Shown here piece by piece: positions 47,076 through 59,853 of a DNA stretch of 64,000 nt. A program made the translations under genes and the position numbers. This stretch comes from Mustelus asterias (Eukaryota). Each line of letters begins with the position of its first letter. Positions within the stretch are counted from its first letter, which is position 1. The DNA lies in NCBI RefSeq assembly GCF_964213995.1, contig NW_027590128.1, forward strand, positions 124,001 to 188,000, given 5' to 3'. The notes below the pieces were generated by a model. It ran no database searches. It was not told where the DNA came from and saw only the letters and a list, made by a program, of their open reading frames with translations.

Positions 47076-48042
47076 GAATATATCTATCCTGGACTGACAG
47101 TGATGACTTTTGTAAATTCCCTTTACAGGGTATTGGAAAGGAGGATTTACAGCAAGAAAACACAAACCAAACATCACGTTGAGATCTGACAGTCACTCGG
47201 ATCATTAGGAGCTGATTGTTATTGTCTTTGAACAGGGAAGGAGAATTGTTTGTTCTGTCTGTGACAATACACAAACAGGCCATTCGGTTTATCGAGTCTG
47301 TACTGGAGTTTATCCTCCACATGAGTCTCCTCTCATTCTGATCACCACATCTCAGCTGTTCAGTTCATTTTTCCAATCCCTTTTTTCTCATAGGCTCGTA
47401 TATTTTCCTTTTGAAAGCATCTAAAGTATTTGTGTCAACCACTTCCAGTCGCAGTGAGTTCCAAATTCTAACAACTGTCTGAAGAAAGAAACATCTCCTA
47501 TTTTCCTGTTTGATTTATTTGTTGTCTGTTCATGGTTCCCAGTAATGGAAGAACCAACAAGTGGAAACATTCCATTCACATCTACCTACTTGTCCCATTC
47601 AGAAAGCCCGTATCAGAAGAGACAACATTTTCTCTTGGTTTGAGCTTGTTGTGTGTAAATCCTCCCTTTCTAACCCCCTGTAAAAAAAAAAGTGTTCAAA
47701 ATACATCACGATAGAAAATCCAGGTACAAGTAATTCAGAAAGCTATTATTTGTTATGAGGGGAATGGAGTAAAAGCAGGGAAGTTATGTTTCAGTTGCAC
47801 ACAGTGAGTCTGTATCTGGAGCAATGTGTACATTATCGATTTCCTTATTTAAGGAAAAATATAAATGCATTAGAAGTTCATAGTAGGTTTAGTAGACTAA
47901 TACCTGGAATAGGTGGATTGTCTGATGAGGAGCAGTGAGACAGTCTCTGCTCGAGTTTAGCTTTTGCTCGAGTTTAAAAGAGTAAGAGGCAACTTAATTT
48001 AAACCTTTCACATCCTGAAAAGTCTTGGATGTGGAGAGGTTC

Positions 48043-49475
48043 ATAGAGTCATAGAGGCTTACAGCATGGAAACAGGCCCTTGTCCATGCCGCCCCTTTTT
48101 TTAACCCCGAAGCTAGTCCCAATTGTCCGCATTTGGCCCATATCCCTCTAAACCCTTCTTACCCATGTAACTGTCTAAACGCTTTTCAAAAGACAAAATT
48201 GTACCTGCCTCTACTACTACCTCTGGCAGTTTGTTCAAGACACTCCCCACCCTCTGTATGAAAATATTGCCGCTCTGGACTCTTTTTATCTCTCCCCTTA
48301 AACCTATGAACTCTAGTTTTAGACTCGCCTATCTTTGGGAAAATATATTGACTATCTAGCTGATCTATGCCCCTCATTATTTTATAGACCGCTATAAGAT
48401 CATCCCTATGCCTCCTGCGCTCCAGAAAAAAAAGTCCCAGTCTATCCAGTCTCACCTTATAACCATCAAGTCCCGCTAGCATCCTACTAAATCTTTTCTG
48501 CACTCTTTCTCATTTAATACCATCCTTTCTATAATAGGGTGACCAGAATTGCACACAGTATTCCAAGTGTGGCCTTACCAATGTCTTGTACAACTTCAAC
48601 AAGATGTATCCTGTATTCAATGTTCTGACCAATGAAACCAAGCATGCCGAATGCCTTCTTCACCACTCTGTCCACCTGTGACTCCACTTTCAAGGAGCTA
48701 TGAATCTGTTCCCCTAGATGTCTTTGTTCTATAACTCTCCCCAATGCCCTACCATTAACTGAGTAAGTCCTGCCCTGGTTTGATCTACCAAAATGCATCA
48801 CTTTGCATTTATCTAAATTAAACTCCATCTGGCATTCATCAGCCCACTGGCCCAATTGATCAATATTCCGTTGCAATCAGGGATAATCTTCTTCACTGTC
48901 CACTATGCCACAATCCTGGTGTGTACAAACTTACTAACCGTGCCTCCTAAATTCTCATCCACATCATTCATATAAATGATAAAAAGCAGTGGGTGCAACA
49001 CCAATCCATGAGGCACACCGCTGGTCACAGGCCTCCAGTTTGAAAAACAATCCTCTACAACCATCCTGTCTTCTGTCATGAAGGGGCAGTGCTCTGAAAG
49101 CTTGTGGCTTGTGCTACCAAATAAACCTGTTGGACTTTAACCTGGTGTTGTGCGACTTTTTCTGTCATCAAGCCAATTTTGTACCTATTTGGCTACCTCA
49201 CCCTGGATCCCGTGAGATTTAACCTTATGCAACAACTTACCATGTGGTATCTTGTCAAAGGCCGTGCTAAAGGTCATGCAGAGAAGATCAACTGCACTGC
49301 CCTCATCTACCTTCTTGGTTACTCCTTCAAAAAACTCAATCAATTTTGTGAGATATGATTTTGCACTCCAAAGCCATGCTGTCTCTAAATGCCACTCACA
49401 TGACTGTCTCTAATCAGTCCTTGTGTCTCTAAATGCCTGTAGATCCTGTCTCTCAAAATACCTTCTAAAAACTTG
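48043..49475 (-). mobile_element. CR1 LINE 3' fragment containing a PLE fragment (49080-49159, 9-bp TSD)
   Basis: QMEFNLDKCKVMHFG; TSD ttctgtcat at 49071-49079 and 49160-49168. Confidence 0.88.
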
Positions 49476-49807
49476 TTAGAACTGTTGTTTACTCTTATGG
49501 GAGAATCTTGGGGTCACGATTCATAAAACAGTGCTGCCCATAGAGACAGAGATGAGATGTTTTTCTCTCAGTGGGTCATGACTCTTTGGATCTCCGTTCC
49601 TCAAAAGTGGAAGTAGAGCCTGATTTCAATTCGATATATCTCTTGGGGCTAAAGGGATATTATGGGATGGGGGGTGGGATGAGGGTATTGAATTTGAGGA
49701 TCAGCCATGACTATAATGAATGGCAGGGAATGCTCAAAGAGCTGAATGGTCTACTTCCGCTTCTATGTAAACATGAGGAGCCTGGGGCTGAAGTGTAACG
49801 AAAAGGC

Positions 49808-50210
49808 TATAAGACATAGGAGCAGAATTGGGCCACTCGGCCCATTGAATCTGCTCCACCATTCAATCATGGCTGATATTTTTCTGATCCCCATTCTCCT
49901 ACCTTTTCCCCATAACCCCTGATCTGCTTATTAATCAACAACCTATCTATCTCTATCTTAAAGACACTCAATGACCTGGCCTCCACAGCCTTCTGCGGCA
50001 AAGAGTTCCACAGATTCACCACTCTCTGGCTGAAGAAATTCCTCCTCATCTCTGTTTTAAAGGATCGTCCCTTTAGTCTGAGGTTGTGCCTCTGGTTCTA
50101 GTTTTTCCTACTCGTGGAAACATCCTCTCCACGTCCACTCTGTCCAGGCCTCGCCGTACCCTGTAAGATTCAATAAATTCTTCCTCAGCCTTCTAAACTC
50201 CAACGAGTAC
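49808..50210 (-). mobile_element. CR1 3' end
   Basis: MRRNFFSQRVVNLWNSLP and a tcttatag tail. Confidence 0.85.
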
Positions 50211-50399
50211 AAAAGCCGTGTAACCGCTTCATGTAAGTACACAGGGATTCAACCTCTCACACTGAATGTGTACATGACCCATAAACTTCTCTCGGCTGCA
50301 AACGTCAGGTGCAGCCTGGGAGTGGGTGAAGCTGTTTGAAAATCTGTTGTTCATTGTTGGTATGCATTAGGACCCGATGGGTGCATTAGGACCCGGTGG

Positions 50400-51350
50400 G
50401 AGCAGAAACACAAAGACCCGCCCACTCACGGTTGCGTCACCAAGACACCAACGCGTGCGCTCTGCTCCCCGCTGAATCAAGATGGCGGCCGTTAACCTGA
50501 GCTTCGTCTCGGGACAAAGACCTGAAGCTGCAAACACGGGACCTACGGGCTCATATTCGATGTTTGAGGCCTTCACCAGATATTTAGAAACCTTCTACGT
50601 CCATCCGCCGCTTCCATTGCTCCCTCTATGTTTCTGCATCCTTACCGGCTGCTGATGAGACAGAGGAACTTCTCTCCAGTTGCTGTCACCCACACTGCGA
50701 ACGCCGTTGCTTACTGCGCATGTGCATCTCTCCCATGCAAAGAATAGGGAACTCTTCCTATTGGTCCGGGCCCTCATTCACTCTGATTGGCTGGAGGACC
50801 AGCCGCTCCCGCTCGGTCCTCCAGTCCCGCCCCTCATTCACTCCGGTTGGTTGGGGGACCAGCCCTGCCCCCTCTTCCTATTGGTCCGGAGCTGCCGTCA
50901 ATCAATCCCCGGGCATTGTGATGTGGAGCATGCGCAGTGTCATTGCTGTCCTTGGCGCTTGTTTGTCCCGGAGAAGCGGAGTCAGCGTTAGGCGGTGGCT
51001 GGGAGGATTTGGAAACACTTTGTGGATCCGCAAACCCTTCAGAATCATTGTCAGCTCCCTGGTTTGCAGCTGCGGGGCTTCTCCCTCCCGGGAACAGGCC
51101 CAGGTTAACGGCCCCATCCTGGCTCAGCCACTGGAGGATGGTTCACATCAGAGGATGGGGGAGGGGGACAATAAATAAGAGGTTACACTTTGGCCTCAAA
51201 TCAATGAGGACTCTGATCTCTGGGAAGGAAGGAAACCCTGGGAGGTGGGCGGGGAGGATTCACAAACACCCGCTGGAGGCACCAACACCCCCAATAAGAG
51301 CCATTGGTTTTATTGTCAGATGGCAGACAGCAGCTGGAGAACTGAATCCA
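50400..51350. promoter_or_regulatory. Probable bidirectional promoter: YY1/NRF1 half facing ZNF-6 plus cassette B copy 2 on the plus strand
   Basis: CAAGATGGCGGC (~50478), TGCGCATGTGCA (~50716), ATTGG boxes; 50750-51350 is the RC of cassette B. Confidence 0.65.
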
Positions 51351-51680
51351 TGATATGGAGATGCCGGCGTTGACTGGGGTAAAGACAGTAAGAAGTTTAA
51401 CAACACCAGGTTAAAGTCCAACAGGTTTATTTGGTCGCAAATGCCACTAGCTTTTGGAGCGCTGCCCCTTCGTCAGGTGGAGTGGAGAAATGCTCACAAA
51501 CAGGGCATACAGAGACACAAACTCAATTTACAGAATAATGATTGGAATGCAGTCTTTACAGATAATCAAGTCTTAAAGGTACAAACAATGTGAATGGAGG
51601 GAGCATTAAGCACACGTTAAAGAGATGTGTATTGTCTCCAGACAGGACAGCCAGTGAGATTCTGCAAGTCCAGACAAGCT
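51351..51680 (-). mobile_element. PLE family 1 pLTR; hammerhead motif at 51444-51480 with GAAA>AAAA
   Basis: RC CCAC CUGACGA A GGGGC agc GCUCC AAAA GC UA GUGG. Confidence 0.87.
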
Positions 51681-51870
51681 GTTCGGGTCAATGCGCCTAA
51701 CCAGCACGTCTTTCAGAATGTGGGAGGAAACCGGAGCACCTGGAGGAAACCCACGCAGACACGGGGAGAATGTGCAAACTCCACACAGACAGTGACCCAA
51801 GCTGGGAATCAAATCTGGGTCCCTGGCGCTGTGAAGCAGCAGTGCTAACCACTGTGCTACCGTGCCTCCC
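51681..51870 (-). mobile_element. V-SINE/HE1-like SINE, 5' part
   Basis: Head and core on the minus strand. Confidence 0.8.
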
Positions 51871-52322
51871 AAAACATTAAATCTGTTTCTCTCGCCAGAG
51901 GTGCTGTCAGACGCGCTGTGTTTTTACAGCACTTCCTGTTTGTATTTATGAGTTCAAGAGTCAGGCCAGAAGGAAATTTAAAGACAGTTTGGCCCGGTGG
52001 GCGAATGGAAGAGAGGGAAGGAGCAGAGGCAGCTGATCAGATTGTCTCAATCTTGGTGACAAAGAAGCTCCATGAGCTCCTCACACTTGTTGTTGGAGGT
52101 GAGGATGGAGGAGACGGGAGAGGGGGAAGCCCTTCAAATGGAACTAACATGTTTGAGGTATTAAAAGCATTCATCACACTGTGTTGAACATAAAGCTTGT
52201 GTATTTGAGTTCCACCCAAAATATAAACCTTCCAAGTGGGCTCGGATTTATCAGCAGAAACAGACACCAATGAAAATAGTCAGGACCTTGATGTGATTAA
52301 GAGCAAACTCCAGTCCTTGCAG

Positions 52323-53360
52323 TCACTCGTGAACACGCTGGTGTTTCAGCAGGTGAGGTGACTGAGTGAATCCCTTCCCACACACGGAGCAGGTGAATGG
52401 CCTGTCCCCAGTGTGAATTCGCTGGTGCTTTACCAGGTTGGATGATTGACTGAATCTCTTACCACAATCAGAGCAGGTGAATGGTCTCTCCCCGGTGTGA
52501 ACTCGCTGGTGTCTCTGCAGGGTGGATGAATCAATAAATCCCTTCCCACAACTGGAGCAAGTGAATGGCCTCTCCCCAGTGTGAACTCGCTGGTGTTTCA
52601 ACAAGATGAATGACTGACTGAAGCCCTTCCCACACTCAGAGCAGGTGAACGGCCTCTCTCCGGTGTGACCTCGCTGGTGTTTTAGGAGGTTGAAGGATTG
52701 AGTGAATCTCTTCCCACACTCGGAGCAGATAAATGGCCTCTCCCCATTATGAATTCTCTGGTGTTTCAGCAGGTCGGATGAATCAGTGAATCCCTTTCCA
52801 CACTCAGAGCAGGTGAACGGCCTCTCTCCAGTGTGAACTCGCTGGTGTTTCAGCAGGATAGAAGAGGTAGGGAATCCCTTCCCACAATCAGAGCATCTGA
52901 ATGGTCTCTCTCTAGTGTGAACTCTCTGGTGTGTCAGCAGGATTGATGAGGTAGCGAATCCCTTCCCACACTCATGACAGTTGAATGGCCTCTCCCCAGT
53001 GTGAACCCACTGGTGTTTCAGCAGATGGGATGAACAAATGAATCCCATCCCACACTTGGAGCAGGTGAACGGTCTCTCCCCAGTGTGAACTCGCCGGTGT
53101 GTCAGCAAGATGGATGAGGTAGTGAATCCCTTCCCACACTCAGAGCAGGTGAATGGTCTCTCTCCAGTGTGATTGTGTCGATGAGTTTTCAGTTCAGATG
53201 GAAATCTGAATCTCTTCCCACAGTCTCCACATTTCCATTGTTTCTCCTTGTTGTGACTGCATTTATGTTTCAACAGGCCAGATGATCGGCTAAATGTTCG
53301 TCCACACACAGAACACATGTACAGTTTCTCTCCAGCGTTAACCGTGCTTTTCCCTTCCAT
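52323..53360 (-). CDS. ZNF-7: 12-finger C2H2 protein
   Basis: [22 protein letters not shown]; ATG at 53360; candidate acceptor ttttacag at ~53470-53478. Confidence 0.92.
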   Translation of the reverse strand: MEGKSTVNAGEKLYMCSVCGRTFSRSSGLLKHKCSHNKEKQWKCGDCGKRFRFPSELKTHRHNHTGERPFTCSECGKGFTTSSILLTHRRVHTGERPFTCSKCGMGFICSSHLLKHQWVHTGERPFNCHECGKGFATSSILLTHQRVHTRERPFRCSDCGKGFPTSSILLKHQRVHTGERPFTCSECGKGFTDSSDLLKHQRIHNGERPFICSECGKRFTQSFNLLKHQRGHTGERPFTCSECGKGFSQSFILLKHQRVHTGERPFTCSSCGKGFIDSSTLQRHQRVHTGERPFTCSDCGKRFSQSSNLVKHQRIHTGDRPFTCSVCGKGFTQSPHLLKHQRVHE

Positions 53361-54029
53361 GTTCAAAACCCAATGATATTCAGATTACAATAATTTAGGC
53401 GATAGCGTCAGATCCTGATGCGACGTTTGGTTTGAGTTTTCTCCCTTCCACTCCTGCACTTCTAATATCCTGTAAAAAAAAAGTCCAAAGTTAAAAATTG
53501 AAGCAAATATTTCTCTTGGTTTGAGTTTACTGTGTGTAAATCCTCCCCTTCTCACCCTCTGGAAAAGGAGACTCCAAAATCCATCAATGTCAGTCCAGGA
53601 TAGAAATTCACAACATTTTGTCACAGGGACAGTGATAACCGTGCCTGTGTCCTGCCCCCGAGAAAGATGACAGCCATTAACCCAAGTCTATCAGTGTTTC
53701 TCCTTCACTATTTCATGTGATGTGGGTTTTATTGCCAAGACCAGCATTTATTTCCTGCCCCTGAGGAGGGCAGTTAGAGACTGAATCGCATGTTGACAAG
53801 TCTATGGAGAGACAGCAGATTCCCATGAATAAACAGGGTGGGTTTTTAAAATTGTTCACAGCTGTAATGGTTACTCCAGTGAAATTATATTCCAGATTTT
53901 CCAGCGTTTTGTGAATTCTATTCAAACCACCCCAGCTCCATGATGGGACTTGAACCTATCCCCAGAACATGAGGCTGTGTCACTGATATTACCACCACCT
54001 CCCCAATTGTAGAGCTGCTGCAATTACCC

Positions 54030-54295
54030 CCCGGGTCGGTGCAAACTCGGGCCCGGGGGGTTCCTTACTCTGGGTTTTGAGGCCTCCTCCACTGGCTGTT
54101 TCTGAAGCCTCTGCACTCACTTCCCCGCCTCCCTGCAGCTCCAGCACCCACACTGCGCATGGGCCAGTCCGAATCCGCACAGCGCATGCTCCACTCAGAA
54201 TCAGGTACTGCGCCTGCGCAAGCGGCTGCTATTGTGACAATACGGCACATTCTCTCTCGCTGCGAATGCTGGGTAAGAGGACCGCCATAGGAAGG
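54030..54295 (-). promoter_or_regulatory. CpG promoter-like segment (candidate ZNF-7 promoter)
   Basis: TGCGCATG, GCGCATGC and TGCGCCTGCGCA NRF1-like sites, CCCCGCCTCC GC box. Confidence 0.55.
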
Positions 54296-54896
54296 AGATA
54301 ATGTTCAACACAAAATTGTGCTTTGTCATCCAATTACGATCAGAACTATAGGGTTAACATATAAAATTATTAAATAAATTGATACATCTACCAATGTGCA
54401 TGGTGGGATTGTTACTGGACGAGTGTTCCAGAGACCCAGGGTCCTTTTAGAGTCTACCCCACTCTGTCATAGGTTGCAGCATGATATAGTTGGGTTGGTC
54501 ACATGGGCAGAACACTGGTAGACTTCGAAATATATCACCATTCCTTCACAGTCGCTGGGTAAAAATCCTGGAATTCCCTCCCGAACCGCATTGTAGGTAA
54601 ACCCACAGCACATATACTGCAGCAATTCAAGAAGGTAGCTCACCACCACCTTCTCAAGGGCAACTCGGGATGGCCAACTAGCGACGCCCATGTCCCACAA
54701 ATGAACAAAAAAAATATGGTATTTAACCTTGATAAGTGCGAAGTGATGCACTTTGGAAGAAGTAACAAGATAAATAAATAATTAAGGAAAGGTAAAATCA
54801 GAGAAGCAGATGGATCTTGGGGTACTTATTCACTTAAGGTAGCAGAGCAGGTGAATGGAATAAGAAGGCATATGAGACACTTGCTTTTATCAATCA

Positions 54897-55445
54897 TGAT
54901 GTGGAGATGCCGGCGTTGGACTGGGGTAAACACAGTAAGAAGTTTAACAACACCAGGTTAAAGTCCAACAGGTTTATTTGGTAGCAAAAGCCACACAAGC
55001 TTTCGGAGCTCTGAGCCCCTTCTTCAGGTGAGTGGGAATTCTGTTCACAAACAGAACTTATAAAGACACACACTCAATTTACATGAATAATGGTTGGAAT
55101 GCGAATACTTACAACTAATCCAGTCTTTAAGAAACAAAACAATGGGAGTGGAGAGAGCATCAAGACAGGCTAAAAAGATGTGTATTGTCTCCAGACAAGA
55201 CAGCCAGTGAAACTCTGCAGGTCCACGCAACTGTGGGAGTTACAAATAGTGTGACATAAACCCAATATCCCGGTTGAGGCCGTCCTTGTGTGTGCGGAAC
55301 TTGGCTATCAGTTTCTGCTCAGCGACTCTGCGCTGTCGTGTGTCGCGAAGGCCGCCTTGGAGAACGCTTACCCGAATATCAGAGGCCGAATGCCCGTGAC
55401 CGCTGAAGTGCTCCCCAACAGGAAGAGAACAGTCTTGCCTGGCAA
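54897..55445 (-). mobile_element. PLE family 1 3' fragment; hammerhead motif at 54994-55030
   Basis: Intact C-terminus RQDCSLPVGEHF..EQKLIAKFRTHKDGLNRD; RC CAC CUGAAGA A GGGGCU cag AGCUCC GAAA GC UU GUG. Confidence 0.9.
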
Positions 55446-55466
55446 GAAACAGATTTAATGTTTTGT

Positions 55467-55757
55467 GAGGCACGGTAGCACAGTGGTTCGCACTGCTGCT
55501 TCACAGCTCCAGGGTCCCAGGTTCGATTCCCGGCTCGGGTCACTGTCTGTGTGGAGTTTGCACATTCTCCCCATGTCTGCGTGGGTTTCCTCTGGGTGCT
55601 CTGGTTTCCTCCCACACTCCAAAGATATGCGGGTTAAGTGGATTGGCCATGCTAAAAATTGTCGGGGGGACTAGCTAGGGGTTATGGAGATAGGTCGTGG
55701 GTGGGATTGTGGTCAGTCCAGACTCGATGGCCTTCTTCTGCACTGTAGAATTCTATG
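55467..55757 (+). mobile_element. V-SINE/HE1-like SINE
   Basis: ggcacggtagcacagtgg head, ggttcgattccc B box. Confidence 0.87.
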
Positions 55758-57142
55758 TTCCTTGAAAAGGTACGAAATCCACTGCATAACTGCAAATAGT
55801 TTTGTTTCCAAAACTCGATGTGAATTCCCACCTGACCCTTCATGTTATTGAGTCAAGGAAACTTTGTTAATTTTTAGAAATGTCCATGAATACTGCAGAG
55901 GCTTCTGCAACTCTTCCGATGTTGTTGTTTGTTAACTCAGATTTTTCATGAAGAGAATTGATCATTTGAAAAGAGCAATAATGCACGTTTTTATGAAAGG
56001 GAATGATATGAGGACTAATTGTATAACTGTTTGAAAATAAGCTAGCACAGACATGATGTGTCTCCTCATGAGCTGTTATTTCACGATTCTATTGTTAGAT
56101 CAATGTCTCTACAACATTCCAAAATATCCAGTCCGAATTCTATCTCTGCAAATCAAGGTCACGAACTACAGCATGACGACACAGTTTGAAATACTCTGCA
56201 GTCCCTTTGAGATGCTGACCGTGACGTGTTCCTGTAGTGTACTGATTAGCATTCACCTCACACTCTGAAAGATCCCCAGCTGAAAGTGAGAGGGGGAAAG
56301 TTTAAAAGAGATGTAAGGGGGAAGTTTTCCAAGAGTGGTAAATTTGTGGAACTTGCTGCCCCACAGCGTGGTGGAGTCTGAATCATTGAATGGTTTCAAG
56401 AAGGAGATAGATATATTTCTGACACAAAAAGGGATGGGAGATATGGGGAACAAGTGGGGGGATCGATTTGAGACCAGGGAGAGATCAGCCATGATCTGAC
56501 TGAATCGTGGAGCAGGCTCCGAGGGCTGAAATTTACCTACTTCTGTTCCTATAAATAAGTTAGAGTTTATTAGTCACAAGTAGGCCAACATTAACAATGC
56601 AGTGAAGTTACTGTGAAAATCCCCTAGTTATTACTGTATCACAGCAGCTCGTTTGCACAACGTGACTGAACCATCACATCAATACTGGGAGTAAATGACT
56701 GGGCTGAGACCTGGCTTGGATAAAATCATGAGGATCACAGAATCTGAGAAATTTACTGCACAGGATGCCATTCAGCCCATCATGTCTGTACCAGGTGAAA
56801 ATGAGCTGTCCAGTTTAGTCCCACTTTCCAGGTATAGGTTGATGGCCCTATAGGACACAGCATGTCAAGTCCATACCTGAATACCTCTTGCATATGAACA
56901 TTTCTGTCTCCACCACTCTTTCAGAGAGTGAGTTTGATTCCCCACCACCCTCTGGGTGAAAACATCTCCACGTTTTTCTAATCCTTCTGCCAATTTCTTT
57001 ACCTCTCTGCCCCTTAGTTCTTGACATCTCTGTTAAGGAACTAGGACCTTCTGAGCCACACTCTCTGGCTAACCAACCCCTAACTAGAATGGTGCTGAGT
57101 ACTCTAGCTGTGATCTAGCTAGTGTTTTTAGTAGTTCCAGGA

Positions 57143-57479
57143 TAGAATCATAGAAACCCTACAGTGCAGAAGGAGGCCATTCGGCCCATTGAGTCTGCAC
57201 CGACCACAATCCCACCCAGGCCCTACCCCCACATATTTACCCGCTAATCCCTCTAACCTACGCATCTCAGGACTCTAAGGGGCAATTTTTAACCTGGCCA
57301 ATCAACCTAACCCGCACATCTTTGGACTGTGGGAGGAAACCGGAGCACCCGGAGGAAACCCACGCAGACACGAGGAGAATGTGCAAACTCCACACAGACA
57401 GTGACCCGAGCCGGGAATCGAACCCGGGACCCTGGAGCTGTGAAGCAGCAGTGCTAACCACTGTGCTACCGTGCCGCCC
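57143..57479 (-). mobile_element. V-SINE/HE1-like SINE, young full-length copy
   Basis: gggcggcacggtagcacagtggttag head with CpGs retained; ttctatgattcta tail. Confidence 0.9.
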
Positions 57480-57839
57480 TCTCACCTTCCATTGATTCAG
57501 TATAATGGAAACTGGGAGTTGCAACCTGTCAGCATTTGAAAGATATTCATAAATGATTGGAGGGTTTCTTACAGTTGGGATCTTTCTCTGTTCTGTCCAC
57601 TCGATGAGTGAGATAAGACTTTCTCCTGTGAATATCCAGCTGGAGTTTGGGCCCTGATGTGTTTCCTTGTTCATCTTGTTGACTCTAAATATTGAATCTT
57701 GTGGTTTCAGACACCAGCTAATCAAACTCCCAACAAAAGATTGTCTTTTAATGATTGTATTAATAGCACTGCAATAATAGAGTATAGTTACCCCATCCAG
57801 AGAACAGGGAGAATGTTGTTTTCTGTGGATCATCTCCTG

Positions 57840-58250
57840 ACAGGAGAGTCTGATGTGGGATCGACATGGACATCCACAGAACTGGCAGTTCATGATGTTG
57901 CTGTTAATGCTCAAGGGGATGGGGGGAGCTCTGCGGCTCCGCTCCACCTCTGGTCTTGCTCTGCCACCGCTCCACTTCTGATCTTCCTCTGGATACCTCG
58001 GATGTTGAGAGTTTGGTGATGATGGTCCTTGAAACTGAACAAAATTTCAGTGCTGCCTCCACATGTGCCGGTCGCCACAGTGTTTTCCCCAGGGAGATGG
58101 TCCGCTGTGCAGAAGTTTGTGAGGATATATTTTACGGGGTCCGTGTGTCATTTGTATTGACCACCTTGATGTTGTTTGCCCTGAGACAGTCTCCCATCGG
58201 GAAACTTGAACACATTGGACTTGGTCTCTTGAAATAAGTCAGGAATATGG
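57840..58250 (-). mobile_element. Possible decayed RTE-clade LINE 3' end
   Basis: Terminal CQFCGCPCRSHIRL resembles the RTE C-terminal zinc motif; heavily decayed. Confidence 0.35.
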
Positions 58251-58876
58251 ATTGTTAATAAACTCCTGTCCTGCTTCTTGTGCTGTCCCCATAATAAGCG
58301 TAGTAAGAAGTCTAACAACACCAGGTTAAAGTCCAACCTGGCCACAGAAAACAACATTCTCCCTGTTCTCTGGATGGGGTAACTATACTCTGTCTGTATT
58401 ATTGCAGTGCTATTAATACAATCAGTAACCTGATGTTGCTACATCTGCAGAGACAAAGTCTCAAACTGGAGGAACAGCTTTGCCACGTATTTTGAGAAAG
58501 GAGGTTCACTGACCCAGCAGCCTGTCTGCGATGCGTGGAGGAGTTGTGTCTTCCTGCTATAAAACTAGTTTCATATTAATGTGAACCTCAAAAGGAATGA
58601 TCCAACCATTGACAACAGGGAGCTTTCTCCGTTCTGCTGAACATTATTTTTATATATCTCAGTAGGAGGGATGTACAGCTCAGGAATTTGAGTAACCAGG
58701 TATTCTGAACTTACCTACCAATCACTTGGGTCATCACATAGAAATTGAGATACATTCATCCAGGTTCATATTCTACACTGCTTTTATTTGCAGGTTAACA
58801 TTCACAGACAACATACAGAACCACCGGTCAGAGCTGATCTCGGCTGGTGTAGTGAGCTTATTGATGGGTTATTAAT

Positions 58877-59140
58877 CATAGAATCATAGAAACCCTACAG
58901 TACAGAAAGAGGCCATTCGGCCCATCGAGTCTGCACCGACCACAATCCCACCCAGGCCCTACTCCCATATCCCGACATATTTTACCCACTAATCCCTCTG
59001 ACCTACGCATCTCAGGACACTAAGGGGCAATTTTAGCATGGCCAATCAACCTAACATCTTTGGACTGTGGGAGGAAACTGGAGCACCCGGAGGAAACCCA
59101 CGCAGACACGAGGAGAATGTGCAAACTCCACACGGACAGA
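58877..59140 (-). mobile_element. V-SINE/HE1-like SINE, 5'-truncated
   Basis: Close match to 57143-57400. Confidence 0.85.
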
Positions 59141-59853
59141 TTAATGTTAATTTACATACAATGAAGATGAGAATCGGGTTAGTTTTTTCCTGCTCCAGGG
59201 TCTGATCCAATAAACAGTCTGCCCCGATTCAGTTACCTTGTGTCAAATACTCAGTTTTGGAAATGGACTATCGGAGTATTTTTAAAATAAATTAACAAAA
59301 AAATCATATTTATAGATTACAATTTGAAAGATTTAATATACACACAGTCTTCGGTATTTGTGCTATCTTATCTAAAAAAGCAAACTCAAAAGATATTCAA
59401 CACGCACACAAAAGGTTATGTTACTATGTGACTACATCACTAAATGAAGGAGTTACTGAGAAAGGAAAAGGATCCCCTGGAAACCAAAAAATAGCCCTTA
59501 AAATCAAAGAGTAGCTTTCCAGAAAATCTCAACAAAAGCATTGAAAAGAAATACTTTGAACCCGACAGATGGATCTTTCAGATACTGAATTGTAGATTTT
59601 GAACCAAGAATCAATTTAGAATTGAAGCAAAAGTTCATAATTTTATTCCAAACAGGTTCCTGTTGGGAGTTCTTCAATTAAGGGGGAAGATCACTGGTGA
59701 TGCTTTTAAAAAGTGACATTGCAGAATATTGAAGTGACATCTCCAGAATATTAAATTCCAGCCAGTTATGGGATTTGTTATCAGCAAAAATAAAATATTG
59801 TCAGACTATCAATGCTGAACAGCAGCAATAACAGCAGAATCCAACCCCTGCAG

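Noticed and set aside
57400-57479. tRNA genes at SINE heads
   Set aside because: A and B boxes run straight into the SINE core and tail in about ten copies, with no standalone acceptor stem or terminator.
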